From the NCBI RefSeq assembly GCF_003918875.1, contig NW_025767188.1, positions 62,001 through 126,000 on the forward strand: a stretch of DNA of 64,000 bases. The letters are read 5' to 3'. This DNA is from Haliotis rubra (Eukaryota). Under the pieces are notes generated by a model. The model did not search any database and was not told the DNA's origin. It saw only the letters and a list, made by a program, of their open reading frames with translations. The position numbers were made by a program, and so were the translations under genes. Below are positions 13,141 through 28,100 of the stretch, one piece after another; position 1 is the stretch's first letter, and each line of letters begins with the position of its first letter.

Positions 13141-14904
13141 ACTCACATACGGACCCGATAACATATTTGTGTGTCAGGAAAACCAAGGATAACTGTGTTT
13201 GAAAAACGTGTTTATTATGAAGAAAAAAATACAAACAATATTTACATAACATTTACAAACAAACAACAAAACAATAATGACTAACTGACTGACTCGCTCA
13301 CTCACGTGTAGTTGGATTCAATATTTTAGCCTGCCTTAACAGTACCCGGAACAAGCAATATCAAGTATCTCTGTCATGCGAAGTTACATGCAGGATGGTG
13401 GACATCCGGAGAGGCCCCGGTAGAGCTGTGGACGTCATCTTCTGTGTCAGATCAAGACGTAAATGAAGCCGTATTTCCGAGGGCAGAGCTGTTCCCTATG
13501 TGCGTCATAATTGTCCCCTCGGCAGTTTTGACTGGTTTGTTATATTGGACATTGTGGAGAGACCATACTCATCATCGACCTTTCTTCGGTACGTATTTCA
13601 CAAGACGTGACATTTCCCGCACCGACTCGAACAGCCCTTCTCCATTTGGTGCGCATGCGCCGTGTATGTGCGGTCGCGGTTTTTGAGGTCGCGGATGTCA
13701 AGTTCCTCAGCAACCTCGGGGGGCTTTAGGGCACCCATGTCCAAAACACAAATATATTTTACAAATTACTTCATTCATAATAATTTCCTTCTACAGCGTG
13801 ATAAACGATGTCCCATGATGACTCCATAGAACACATCTTTTATTTAATGTGAAGAGTGGCGGCAGGGTGGCCCAGTGGTGAGTGTGTTAGCTCTTCTCAG
13901 ATAAAACTGGTTTGATTCCCCCAAACACCTCGTGTCCATCACTGTACAGTATGCTAGCATATGGCAGGAATGTGACTTATGCCAGTACAAAAACCAACAT
14001 GTTATGTATCTACCTGTCGGTAAAACCATTGGTGAGTTCTCCCAACGCCCTGGTTTAATTTCCCCATAGCAGTGTCACTGTGCAATAGTATCAACCACTA
14101 GTTTGCCTGCTGTAGGTCTGATTCCACCTTGCCGGTCATTATGGACCAGTCTGACGCACTCACCTGGCAAATCCTGCTTGTTAGCTATCACCACTACCGG
14201 CACCCCCGCCATCTCTGGCGAACTGAAGATCCCATGGAGCTCCGACAAGGCTTCCTTCATGCGCAGCCGATCTGCGCTGTCCACCACATAGATCAGACCT
14301 GTGGAGTATTGAAGAATTGACTTCAACATGTTGGGCGCTGTTCTCACTGTGTAAATCCTCACAGCCAACCATTATAACTTCACAGACTGCTCACGTAACG
14401 TTTAACACAAACACACACCACGAAGTCTGTGACACACCCATCCTTTTGTCACCCAACCAGGATTCAGTGGTCAGTGGGAAAATGCAAAAAATATTTTTGG
14501 GGTTAGCCAATCAAAAGCCACGCTATATCTGAAAGGCAATTGCGTTATCCCATGTAATTGTAGTTGGAATATCTATTGATGCAATTTATTTCGTGTTCCT
14601 AACCTAAACCGTAGGGAAAGTTATGAAATGCTGTCTAGGGGGTTGTATAATGTGTCGTTGTAGCATGTGTTGGTCAACCACTGCACTGCCGTCAACGTCA
14701 ATCCACCCAGTGGGGGTATTACGATACGCCAGAACAGCCAGGCTACAGCTGAGGGCCCAGCTGGAGAGGGTCTCCGGCCAAGTTCACTCACAGACATTTT
14801 CTGATATCTACCCCATTTTGTCGGCCATAACAACAGACTGGGTGTACGCATTGTGCACCGTGGGTTATTTTGTGTGAAGAGTATGACTCCCATTTTAATA
14901 TATG

Positions 14905-15417
14905 ATAGTGTTGGGTACATTTGTTGACCTACCTTGGGTGTTGGGGTAGTAGCATTGTGAATATGTTGACCTACCTTGTGTGTTGAGGTAGTAGCATTGT
15001 GAATATGTTGACCTACCTTGTGTGTTGGGGTAGTAGTGTTGGGTATATGCTGACCTACCTTGTGTGTTTGGGTAGTAGTGTTGGGTATATGTTGACCTAC
15101 CTTGTGTGTTGGGGTAGTACTGTTGGGTATATGTTGACCTACCTTGTGTGTTGAGGTAGTAGTGTTGGGTATATGTTGACCTACCTTGTGTGTTGGGGTA
15201 GTACTGTTGGGTATATGCTGACCTACCTTGTGTGTTGAGGTAGTAGTGTTGGGTATATGTTGACCTACCTTGTGTGTTGAGGTAGTAGCTTTGTGAATAT
15301 GTTGACCTTGTGTGTTGAGGTAGTAGTTTTGGGTGTATGTTGACCTACCTTGTGCGTTGCGGTAGTAGTGTTGGGTACTAGTATATGTTGACCTACTTTG
15401 TGTGTTGGGGTAGTATT
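14905..15417 (-). repeat. 42-bp minisatellite (about 12 units) made of the ARF-B exon 2 end plus its 5' splice site
   Basis: Unit TACTACCCCAACACACAAG|GTAGGTCAACATATACCCAACAC; its first half is the YYPNTQ coding end of the exon. Confidence 0.9.
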
Positions 15418-15699
15418 GTCTCCACAGCTGTCGGATCTTCTGCTGACCCCCCACGTCGCACACATGAGTGAACGTCACACCTTTGAAAAATAGTTGTTGT
15501 TTTCAACCAAGACCCAAATTCTTGTAGGAATACCATCTCAGAATTGCAGGAACAGTGCCGTGTCGACGTAAAACTATATTCACTCTAACCTCGGCCAGTC
15601 CCACGGTTTACTGTTTACTCCCAAGTCCCGGGGACCATAACGAGCACTTTACTCTTAGCTCGACACAAACGGAGTACTATATATAGTATGAGATACTAT

Positions 15700-16500
15700 T
15701 CAGACTTACAGTCTAAGTGTCTTTTCAGTACTTCGTGAGACCCCCTGCTATACATGACTGAACGTGCCAAGGTACACTATCGATCAAAGTTGCTATATTG
15801 GACCACTTCTTTCTTCATATCCTCAATATTTCTAAGTCCTTTTATTGTTTATTCTGTCCTTCTTTAGTCCCCACACATTCTCCAAAGGGTTATAATCTGG
15901 GCTGTAGCTGGGCAAGCCTAAAACTTGACCATTTTCGTCCAACAGCCACTGTTTTGTGTAGCCAGCGGTGTGTTTTGGGTCATTATCATGCTCGAAAATC
16001 CAATTATCTTCATACAGTGTTCGGGTTGTTGGAAGGAGGTAACCATTTAAATGTCAACATATCGTTCCTTCGTCAAACTTCCAGTGGAAATACACAACGG
16101 CGTCACTCCCACATGTGAAATTTCGGGCTATGTTTTGGGCGTTGGTAGATAGGTTTCACGGTACCTTTTGTTTACATTTTCACATAGTTCGAAAACAGCC
16201 AGACAGAACTTTCATCAGAAAAGGAAACATTATCCCAATCAGTGTATCTACACCAGTTTAAACGTCTTTCTTTTTGTTCATCATTTATCAATGGTCAGGG
16301 GATTCTGCGCTGTATCGACCAGTTAAGTCTGTGTAATTCGTTTCTAAGGGTTCCATTACATAATGGAGAACTTCCTCTATCAATCATCTCATTTCTGATA
16401 CATTCAATATGTTTCAATTTTCCGCAACTCACTTTCCCCGGCTAGACGTAGTACTGAACTTCCTTGGCCTCCCTGCCCTTATCTTGTGCTCAATGCTAAC
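15700..16500 (-). mobile_element. Decayed Tc1-like transposase in ARF-B intron 1
   Basis: Minus-strand motifs WDNVSFSDES, FEHDNDPKH and PSYSPDYNP. Confidence 0.7.
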
Positions 16501-17127
16501 TCCTGACTGAATATTAAAGTTCTGTATTTAAAGTTCTGTATACTGTAGACAGGAATGTCACGTCTACTAGCTAACTCATTTGCATTAGTCACACCCCTTT
16601 GAAAATCATCTAGAACCAGCTTTCTTTTCCCTTCTGCTGTCAAATCTGCCATGTCAACAGAGGAAGCCGTATACTACATCAGGGGAGATAACTCTTGATG
16701 TAGTAACAAGAGTTGCCTCCCGTTATGAGTACCTTACTACATAATGTAACATCTATTTTATAAGTTTATTATCAGTATTAGGAAACAAACATTTTCTCAA
16801 TAATTTCTGTGAAAACAGTATATGGTGAGTCTATCGGCTTCAAGCGATATAAGTAAAAAAATCTGTCGTACGTTGTGAACATTGTGTATTTCTTGATATA
16901 CCACACCTCACCTACCACATCATCGTTCAATCGTGAGAATCTTTGAACCCTTTGATTATCAAAGACAGTTTTTGAAATTTATAAAACCATAACAAAATTT
17001 GAATGAGAACATAGGACTTCTTACGGTATATGATCTGTCTTGTATTATAGGTTTTCAACAACAGGTTATACTGATCAGTAAATAAGGAACGCTTAATACT
17101 GATTCTCTGAGTTAAACATAATGAAAT

Positions 17128-17935
17128 ATTATTATGTTTTACAGATTAAAGATGAAAATGCAGCAGAGAGGGTTCGAGTGATCCTGGCACAGTCAGGCTG
17201 GTAAGGTTCATCATCAGCTCAGGGCCCTCGCCCCCTCTACACGCAGCCAAGGAAACACTGCCTAGTCGAACCCACCAAGAACTTTTCGGAGAATATGAAG
17301 GCTCCCCAACACTGCAGCCTTCTGCATTACCCAGAGTGTCAGAAGGGCTGTACTCCTGTTGGAAAACCCGGGCACTCTCCTGATCTGCGCCAAGAGATCA
17401 GGGGGTACCAAACCAAGGGCATCGAGAACAATTGGGAGTCTGAGGACAGTGTACTTGGGATGCAAGCGAGACATTCAAAGGCAAGGTCCGCATATTTATC
17501 ATGCTTTTCCTGAATCTTGCCAATCATATTGCTGTCAAAAGGGACAGAAAATTCAATGATATAAATAAATTAATTGGCTTTATCAAAAAGGACAAGATCA
17601 GGTTTGTTGGCAGGAATTCTTCTGAGGCTGTATATGGGCCTATTCCACAGAAGTTTGAAAGCATCATTTTCCATGACGCCCTGGACATGTTCAGGGTCGT
17701 ACCATGGATAGACCTCGGAGTCAAAGCCACAGACATGGCGGAGACAGTAGTAAAATCAACGAGCCATGCCATCATGTTTAAGATATGCTGTTTGTGCCAA
17801 AGAAGGGCATCCACTGACAAGATGTTGGACAGTCTCTGTTAATTCATTACATAGTCGACATTTCATATTGATATTTTCTTTAAGAATCACATTTTGGCGA
17901 TTACGAGTGGGAAGTGATTATTATTATTATTATTG
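17128..17935 (-). mobile_element. 5'-truncated R4/Dong-like non-LTR retrotransposon (CCHC finger plus restriction-like endonuclease)
   Basis: KCRLCNELTETVQHLVSGC, KPDLVLFDK..IYIIEFSVPFD...EKHDKYADL, MQKAAVLGSLHILRKVL-stop. Both ends abut (TAA)n. Confidence 0.8.
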
Positions 17936-18494
17936 TTATATCTCAACATCCCTCCAGTAGATCCCGGTTATACGCATTGATCTTCACGAACCAACAGTTA
18001 AAGTTAACTGGGTCCGGCGATGGGACTCGATTATTCAAGGAACGCTGTCAAATAGCTGGAATTTTTATTAGTGCGTCTTTCAACAAACAAATTCACAAAC
18101 AAACAAAGTCACAAACAAGCATCCCCGAGCCTACCTGCCCCATCCAACCCAAGCATCAGGATACGAGCTTTTGCCGATGAAAACTCATGGTGGATCCTCA
18201 TAAGACGTGATAGTGACCAGCCCATAGCGATGACACAAAACGTCGCAACACGATAAATAGTCCTCAAAATGTGTCCACGGCTGTGTATCACGGCTGTCTC
18301 TTTCCGCTCTGAATTTATACCAGTTGTTATCCCCAGTCTAGTCAGTCTGCTTGAGCGTCGTCACCATGACCACATACACCAATGGGAGTCTTACATACGT
18401 CACATTCTGGAAGCTTGTCGGCGCAATATACAATTGTCAATTTCTGGTCACGTGGAGATCTAAAAATAGCTCCGCAGTGCGATGGGTATGGCGA

Positions 18495-19350
18495 CAGCCA
18501 TTTTCCGAAACCTCCGACATCCCCTCTATGGATATCATGTGCGAAAATACGACGATCCAACCAGAATGCGCATAAAGGGTTGAGGTACTTTGATAAAAAT
18601 AATCCCCCTTACATTAATCGGTTTAATATGATTGTCTAGAAAACTTATATAAAATGTATCGTCATTTTCACGTGACTCTTATTGCAACTGCATATTCAAG
18701 AAAATAATCCCATTTGCAATTTTTAACCCGTCTTTAGAAATATGCATTTATAAAATAGAATTTGTATTAGCTGTTTACTTTATATCTATAATTCATACAT
18801 TAAGACGGGTTAAAAAACCAAAATGGGATATTTTTCTTGAATGTACAATTGTAATAAGAAAAATAACTTCATCTGCAAAAAGTCCCAAACACAATTGCTT
18901 AAAATTAGTTATCACCTCTTAATAAATATGGAGATGAAAATAAAAATAAACTTTCGAAACCAAATGGATCAACACGCATATAATGTCAGTAAGCGCAGGT
19001 AAAATCTCAGAAGAAAACACTGAGTGGAAACACGGGAGCAGTTATTAATGTGAACAAACACACGAGTGTGTATTTGAATGTTTCACTGTTCATGGCGCTG
19101 TCCATATTAAAAACTCAAAATTATGCAAAACAATTCTGCTATAGTTACATCGTTATTTGTAATGTCAAAATGACGATACATATTTCCCCGATTTTCTAAA
19201 GAATCACATACTGTCATAACCGATTAAATGTTCTCGGAATTATTCTTATTAAATTACCTCAAACCCTTCCACTCATTCTTATAGGTTTGGCGTATTTCCG
19301 CTTATGATATACATCGGAGACGAGACACTCTCGGCGATTGCGGAAATGGG
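18495..19350. repeat. Long degenerate inverted repeat (foldback/MITE-like) between the divergent ARF genes
   Basis: Inner arms about 18678-18740 / 18800-18858; outer arms about 18495-18672 / 19161-19350. Confidence 0.6.
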
Positions 19351-19581
19351 CGAGTGATGACGAATTGTGGAAAGGTATCATTTACAAGGTGAAGGTTATT
19401 TCAGAATTGACAGAGTGAACTAAAAACTGACACGACTGGGCTACGTTCTGACCCCTAGGTACACTAATCAGCATCACGTTCGTCAAATCCAATCACACAT
19501 CACAGACAGCTGGAAACAGTCAACTTCCCCTGCATCGGCAAATCAAAACAGTAACCCTCAGCGCAGAAGGCTATATTTAGA

Positions 19582-19765
19582 GGGGATTCCCCGTCACATG
19601 ACCCGGTTTCCCGTGACGTCATTTTCTCCAGCGTGTTCTGCGCCAGGTGTTTGGAGTTTCGTCAGCAGGTGTGCGTGTTGAATATGACAGCGTAGAAACC
19701 ATGTTGCATCACGACCCGAAACATAAATATATCCCTCAACGCTGGAACCTCGTCGACTATATAAA
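19582..19765 (+). promoter_or_regulatory. Promoter of ARF-like gene A: kB site, CLEAR/M-box E-box, CRE and TATA
   Basis: GGGGATTCCCC 19582-19592, GTCACATGAC 19593-19602, TGACGTCA 19614-19621, TATATAAA 19758-19765; ATG at 19888. Confidence 0.65.
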
Positions 19766-19887
19766 CCAGGTTTAATAACACTGTATCATTCAAACTGTGA
19801 TCGAGACACAACATAAGACGACATTAACGCGTCCTGCGCTGTCCCAGATATTAAATATTGACTTCTCGTGTCAGAGTTACTCAAATC

Positions 19888-21916
<2,029 letters not shown>

Positions 21917-22929
21917 ATATTTACAGACATAAATAACCACAAACAAGTATCTGTGATAATGTCCAGAAGCTCAGGGATGACCAACTGAAGGGTATCTGTG
22001 TTGACACCTGAATGGACTGATGTGACCTCCCACAACTATATTTAATCACGTGTTTGTTTGTTCAATACATGATATGCAAGTTGAAATGCTGTCATATGAC
22101 TTTGACAAGGTTTTTCAAGTTTGTATTGTGGCGAGGAAGCCTAAAGGAGGACCCCACTGTTGCGACACGTTGCCGTCAGAACAAAGACTCCCATCTCGAT
22201 GTTACTGATTCAATCTTATGCCCAGTCCGTCCCCATGGTTACCGATCCTTACCGTGTTGTCACGTGATGACTCGAGATCTGTAGAGCTATCAGTCTTTCG
22301 TTACTGTTATACGTATGTAGCAATTTGTTATATAATTCATCGTGTAAATACTCACATGTTTCCAACATTCCTTGGTATGTCTTTTATCTGAACACGTTGT
22401 ATGGTGATTGTGTTTTCAATACGTGTGTATACGTTTTTATTTTATTTACCTGTTGTTTTGTACTTAAACATGTAATTGTAATTGTTGTTGCAATACAAGT
22501 TTTAATTTTTTTGGTTTTTTTTACAAAGTTATTTGTCCATAACTGACATCAATGCACAGAAACGTTACTTAACCACATTGTGCAATGCTGAGCATCGATC
22601 CCCGGATGCACATTTTGGACAGTTGCGGCGTACAACAATATTTACTCGTTCCCCCTTTTGATCATCCGATCCTGCATCGTGAACTCATCAGTGGTGGACG
22701 TTAAAACGTTTTAAAATTAATATCACATTTATTATCTCATTACACCCAAAACTATCTATTTGATGAACATTTCCTTCCAGATTGTTTTCTACATCCGTTT
22801 AATAGAAGTCAGACCGAGAATGTTTAGGTCGATAGGATGAACTGAGAATCTCACAATGCCAAAAATAAAAGGCGTAAACAAAGTGTCAAGTCACAAGAAA
22901 ATAAATCTGATGTTTCAAACATTCAGTAG

Positions 22930-23835
22930 CGTGTATGGTCACCCTGTGTGTTCACAACTGCCAAGCAACGCCTCCTCGTGGACAGTCTATTGTGTGTAAA
23001 CACATTATTGGGAAGTCGGCGCCATTGTTCCTGCAAAGCAGCACCAAGATCCTGCAAATTCTGGGGTTGGTTCCTGAAAGTGCGCAGACCTGTACCAATA
23101 GCATCCCAGATGTGGTCGATTGGATTGAGATCAGGTGGCCTTGACGGCTAGTCAAGAACATTGATTCCTGCGTTCTGCAGGTTATTCCTGGCCAAGATGG
23201 CTGCATGTGGTCTGGCATTGTTATGTTGGAAGTGCAGACCTGGACCATGTGCTGCCATGAATGGAATAAATTCGGGGGTTGGCATGCCTGGTCGCGGTAA
23301 CCTGCAGCATTAAGGTTCCCACGGATAACCAGAAGTCGGGAACGGGCAATCCCACAGAAAGTACCCCAAACCATGATACTTCCGACCCCAAATTTGTCAA
23401 CTTCCTGTACACAACACTGGGCATAACGTTCACGGCGTCGCCTCAACACTCTCATCCTACCATCAGCGAATCTGAGGGTAAATGTTGATTCATCACTGAA
23501 GACAACTCGATTCCAGTTTCTGTGAGTCCATCGGAGGTGTCGTCGGGCCCACAGCAACACTGACGTCAATGTCATGGCGTAAAAATGATTCCGCGATATG
23601 GTCGTCGAACACGAAGGTGTGCAGCTCGCAGCCGGTTTCGGATGGTTTGTGCCGACAGTCGACCCCTAAACAGCTCATTTCTGGTACCTGTTTCCGTCAA
23701 AAAACGATTACGGAGGTCACGTGACACAGTTTGACGGTCCTCCGCCTGTGACGTCACACGTTGCCGGCCTGGCCTGAGGCGATCAGTGGTGCCGTTATTG
23801 CAATGAAACGTTTGACAAATTGTTTTATTGTAGTG
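22930..23835 (-). mobile_element. Tc1-like transposase pseudogene
   Basis: GRQRVTSQAEDR, LSAQTIRNRLRAAHLRVRRP, WNRVVFSDES, IMVWG, QHNNARPH and SRQGHL/DLNPIDHIWD spread over several frames. Confidence 0.85.
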
Positions 23836-24065
23836 TATGTCAACTAATGCCTGGCTGAAATCAAGGGTAAGGACAATTTGTATTTACATTGGACTTGTCA
23901 GTGAGTCAGGGTATGCGTCAGTTACAATGATGCAGTCCATGATGAGTGATGAAGGAAAAGTCCTGTCTGTCCAGGCAGATGTCCGTGTGTATGTGAGTGG
24001 TGGCTTGCAAGTCTTGGACCATGTGTTACTGAAACCAACAAGGATCAAGGAGATCCCCCTGTATC

Positions 24066-25195
24066 ACCCTTACGACTAGTGGTAGTGTAGCCTTACGACT
24101 AGTGTAGCCTCACGACTAGTGGTAGTGTAGCCTTACGTCTAGTGGCAGTGTAGCCTCACGACTAGTGGTAGTGTAGCCTTACGACTATGGTAGTGTAGCC
24201 TCACGGCTAGTGGTAGTGAAGCCTTACATCTAGTGGTAGTGTAGCCTCATGACTAGTTGTAGTGTAGCCTTGCGACTAGTGGTAATGTAGCCTTACGTCT
24301 AGTGGTAGTGTAGCCTCATGACTAGTAGTAGTGTAGCCTTGCGACTAGTGGTAGTGTAGCCTTACGTCTAGTGGTAGTGTAGCCTCATGACTAGTGATAG
24401 TGTAGCCTCAAGACTAGTGGTAGTGTAGCCTCACGACTAGTGGCAGTGTAGCCTTACGGCTAGTGGTAGTGTAGCCTCACGATTAGTGGTAGTGTAGCCT
24501 CACGACTAGTTGTAGTGTAGCGTTACGACTAGTGGTAGTGTAGCCTCACGACTAGTTGTTGTGTAGCCTTACGACTAGTGGTAGTGTAGCCTCACGACTA
24601 GTGGTAGTGTAGCCTCACGGCTAGTGGTAGTGTAGCCTTACGTCTAGTGGTAGTGTAGCCTCACGACTAGTTGTAGTGTAGCCTTACGACTAGTGGTAGT
24701 GTAGCCTCACGGCTGTGGTAGTGTAGCCTCACGACTATTGGTATTGTAGCCTCACGACTAGTGGTAGTGTAGCCTCACGACTAGTGGTAGTGGTAGTGTA
24801 GCCTCACGACTAGTGGTAGTGTAGCTTTACGTTTAGTGGCATTGTAGCCTCACGACTAGTGGTAGTGTAGCCTCAGGACTAGTGGTAGTGTAGCCTCACG
24901 ACTAGTGGTAGTGGTAGTGTAGCCTCATGGCTAGTGGTAGTGTAGCTTTACGTTTAGTGGCAGTGTAGCCTCACGATTAGTGATATTGTAGCCTCACGAC
25001 TAGTTGTAGTGTAGCGCTAGGACTAGTTGTAGTGTAGCGCTGCGACTAGTGGTAGTGTAGCCTCACGGCTAGTGGTAGTGTGGCCTCACGACTAGTGGTA
25101 GTGTAGCCTCAAGACTATGGTAGTGTAGCCTTACGACCATGGAAGTGTAGCTAGAGTAGTTGTAGTGTAGCCTTACGACTATGGTAGTTTAGCTA
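24066..25195. repeat. 23-bp satellite (CACGACTAGTGGTAGTGTAGCCT)n
   Basis: Directly visible. Paralogous arrays at 36877-38810, 50733-51192 and 51756-51850. Confidence 0.95.
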
Positions 25196-25689
25196 CATAT
25201 ATATATATATATATATATATGTAGTAATTGTATCTACTTGTTGGAAACTTGTAATTATCAGTAAATATTGCAACAGTTTTGTGTCATTTCTGCATTGTTG
25301 TGTTGATGAGAAATGTAGACACTTCTTTTTTGTAATCCAGGCGTGAGTGAGTTTAATTTTACGCCGCACCCAGCAATATTCCAGCTATATGGCGGCGGTC
25401 TGTACATAATCGGATCTGGACCAAACAATCCAGGGACCAACAGCATGATCATCAATCTACGTAATTGGGGCACGATGACATGTGTCAATCCAGTCAGCGA
25501 GCCTGACTACCCAATCCCGTTAGTCGCCTCTTACGACAAGCATGGGTTACTGACCCTGATCTTCACGGGTGTTATCCACGAACTGCCATGGATCACGGAA
25601 GGAGGTCACAGAGGACATGCAATGAAAGTAAAACGCCAAGAAGACATAATGACCACGATCTATTGACCTTGAGGAAAAATAGATGTATA

Positions 25690-26120
25690 GCAGATCTAGA
25701 GATGTAGAGCAGGTCGACTACAGATGTAGAGCAGGTAGACTACATATGTAGAGCAAATAGACTACAGATGTAGAGCAGGTAGAGCAGGTAGACTACAGAT
25801 GTAGAGCAGGTAGACTACAGATTAGACTACAGATCTAGAGCAGGTAGACTACAGATGTAGAGTAGGTAGACTACAGATGTAGAGCAGATCTAGAGATGTA
25901 GAGCAGGTAGACTACATATGTAGAGCAGATAGACTACAGATGTAGAGCAGGTAGACTACAGATGTAGAGCAGGTAGACTACATATGTAGAGCAGATAGAC
26001 TACAGATGTAGAGCAGGTAGACTACAGATGTAGAGCAGGTAGACAAGGGATGTAGAGCAGGTAGACAAGGGATGTAGAGCAGGTAGACTACATATGTAGA
26101 GCAGGTAGACTACATATGTT
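25690..26120. repeat. 22-bp satellite (GTAGAGCAGGTAGACTACAGAT)n
   Basis: Directly visible. Paralogous arrays at 39460-39730 and 52490-53480. Confidence 0.95.
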
Positions 26121-27899
26121 TCTGGGATATCTCCACATGAGAGAGTTGTATGTACGGTCAAATGACATACGTCTGAGCTGCCCTCTGTTCAACGCGATCA
26201 ACACCTGTTACTGAATTGATTTGACAACTGAGTGGTGTAAGGGAGATAAATCGTGATGAGGTATTTATATATAGCAATAACAGCGAGCGCCTGACTGACC
26301 GACTGGGTTTGGTTTTATGCCGCTTTCAGCAATATTCCAGCAATATCACGGCGGGGGACACCAGAAATGGGCTTCACACATTGTACCAATGTGGGGATTC
26401 GAACCCGGGTCTTCGGCGTGACGAGCCAAAGCTTTAACCACTGGACTACCCCACCGCCCCGCGAACGCCTGAATAGTGTATCACCACTTGAGCTGTTCTC
26501 ATGTGTTGTAACCAGACATACGAGGGGCACATTGAAGAGCGATCGACAGCAGTTCGAGTACTGAGTCAAGTGTGAGTGAGTGAGTTTAGTTTTACGCCGC
26601 ACTCAGCAATATTCCAGCTATATGGCGGTTTGTAAATATTCGACTCTGGACCAGACAATCCAGTGATTAACAGCATGAGCATCGATCTGCGCAATTAGGA
26701 ACCAATGACATGTGTCAACCAAGTTAGCCTGACCATCCAATCCCGTAAGTCGCCTCTTACGCCAAGCATGGGTTACTGAAGATCAATATTCTAACCCGGA
26801 CCTTCACGGGTCTGCATTTCAATGTGTTTTGCCGTGTGGCTCTAGGGGACCAAACACTTTATGAATACTCTGTACTCAAGCTTATTCATTTCTGCAGTTT
26901 CGATAGGGGTACATGTGATGTCACGTAAAGTAGGGACATGTGCATGTCAACATTACGTTTATGTGAATGATATAAACCTTTCTTCAGTATCATACAGTCA
27001 TTTTTATCATGCGCATATCAGAAGTATTTCAGACTCCAACATTTTGATAGACCCTCGTAAACAGTGTACACGCCCACTTGATGGTCAACGCCGGACTCAG
27101 TTTTCCAGCCACATGTTGATGACGGTAGTTTGTATATAGTCGAGTGTTGGCTCGATAAACGAGTGATTGCTATTGTAGCAGCTTCCAAGCAGCCGGTGCA
27201 TGACAACAATTATTCTTCCTGGTGACGGAACCTATTCATATAGTCCCAATGGACGACAGGAAGATGTTCCTTGATCCTTGATAACCAGAATCCATGGGGA
27301 ATGAAGCATACGGTTCGTGAGTCAGTCTTGACCAATCTGTACACAAGTCTGTGACTGAACCGACATCATTCAGTAATCTTGAGGGTCAACGTGCGGGGTT
27401 ATGTCCAGGAGCTCTGACGGTCTCCGGTCGCCTTCACTCATTTCCGCACAGCAAAAATCTTGTCCAGTATACTTCAACATTTACTCTTAAATATCAAACG
27501 TCAGTACAGACAATGTGAAGTCTTGACCTACCTCAGAAAAGTTAGGGAGTGTTTTAACACCGGCTTTTAGCAGTATCACGGAGGGACACCTAAATGGGCT
27601 TCACACATTTGGTCCATGTGGGGAATCAAACCCGGGTCTTCTGTCTGACGAGCAGACGAGTCAACATGAATGTTCATGTTCTCCAAGGTACTACAGTTTC
27701 CATATTCAAGTCCAAACCAACAGACAACATGTGCTTTGTGAACGTGTAGAGTGTGGCAGACCCACAAAAGGATAACGGTGTGACTTATTCCTGGGTCAGT
27801 GAGTGAGTGAGTGATTGTAGTTATGCAGTCATCCAGCTATATCACAAGTGACTGAAGTTTCTAATCTTAACACTATCACAGCTATAAGACTGCGACAAT

Positions 27900-28100
27900 A
27901 AATCTTGAATCGTGACCCTGCGCATTCAAGACGATTTCAAAACACTATCACTCATTCGACATCACTCGTCCCTTTCCGTAACATGCAAACTGTCCCTGAA
28001 TGACGAGTTGATCACGAATGAACCACGTCAACCCTGGACGGAAAATCTCTTCCTGTGCCCAGTTCCCTCTACACCGGTTACCTGGCTGTCTCGGGTAAGT
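27900..28100 (+). promoter_or_regulatory. Probable TRIM promoter and non-coding first exon (paralogues at about 42475-42690 and 62425-62690)
   Basis: Block conserved in all three units, ending in a donor CTCGG|GTAAGT (CTCAG|GTAAGT in unit 3). The RING exon starts after an acceptor TTTTGGTAG, 5 nt before the ATG. Confidence 0.45.

Larger units (their letters stand above)
13572..18225 (-). pseudogene. ARF/ARL-family GTPase paralogue B, degenerate; exons 18225-18135, ~15530-15397 (5' half decayed), 14298-14164, 13734-13572
   Basis: MGWSLSRL...ARILMLGLDGAG; GVTFTHVCDVGGQQKIRQLWRQYYPNTQ; GLIYVVDSADR...VVVIANKQDLP; ALKPPEVAEEL...HIHGACAPNGEGLFESVREMSRLVK. Intron positions match paralogue A. Lesions: no recognisable KTT half of the P-loop, WDVGG to CDVGG, last acceptor reads TGG, and a 1-nt frameshift near 13671. 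AATAAA on the minus strand at 13211-13216. Confidence 0.85.

Noticed and set aside
14621-15478. 285-aa ORF with HKVGQHIPNTTTST repeats
   Set aside because: Read-through from ARF-B exon 2 into the 42-bp splice-site minisatellite.
17200-17230. Second hammerhead candidate (CTGATGA in the R4/Dong 3' UTR)
   Set aside because: No properly placed GAAA core or closing stems.
24066-25195. CRISPR-like appearance of the 23-bp arrays (also the 22-, 47-, 74- and 86-bp arrays)
   Set aside because: Head-to-tail repeats without unique spacers, no cas genes, eukaryotic context.
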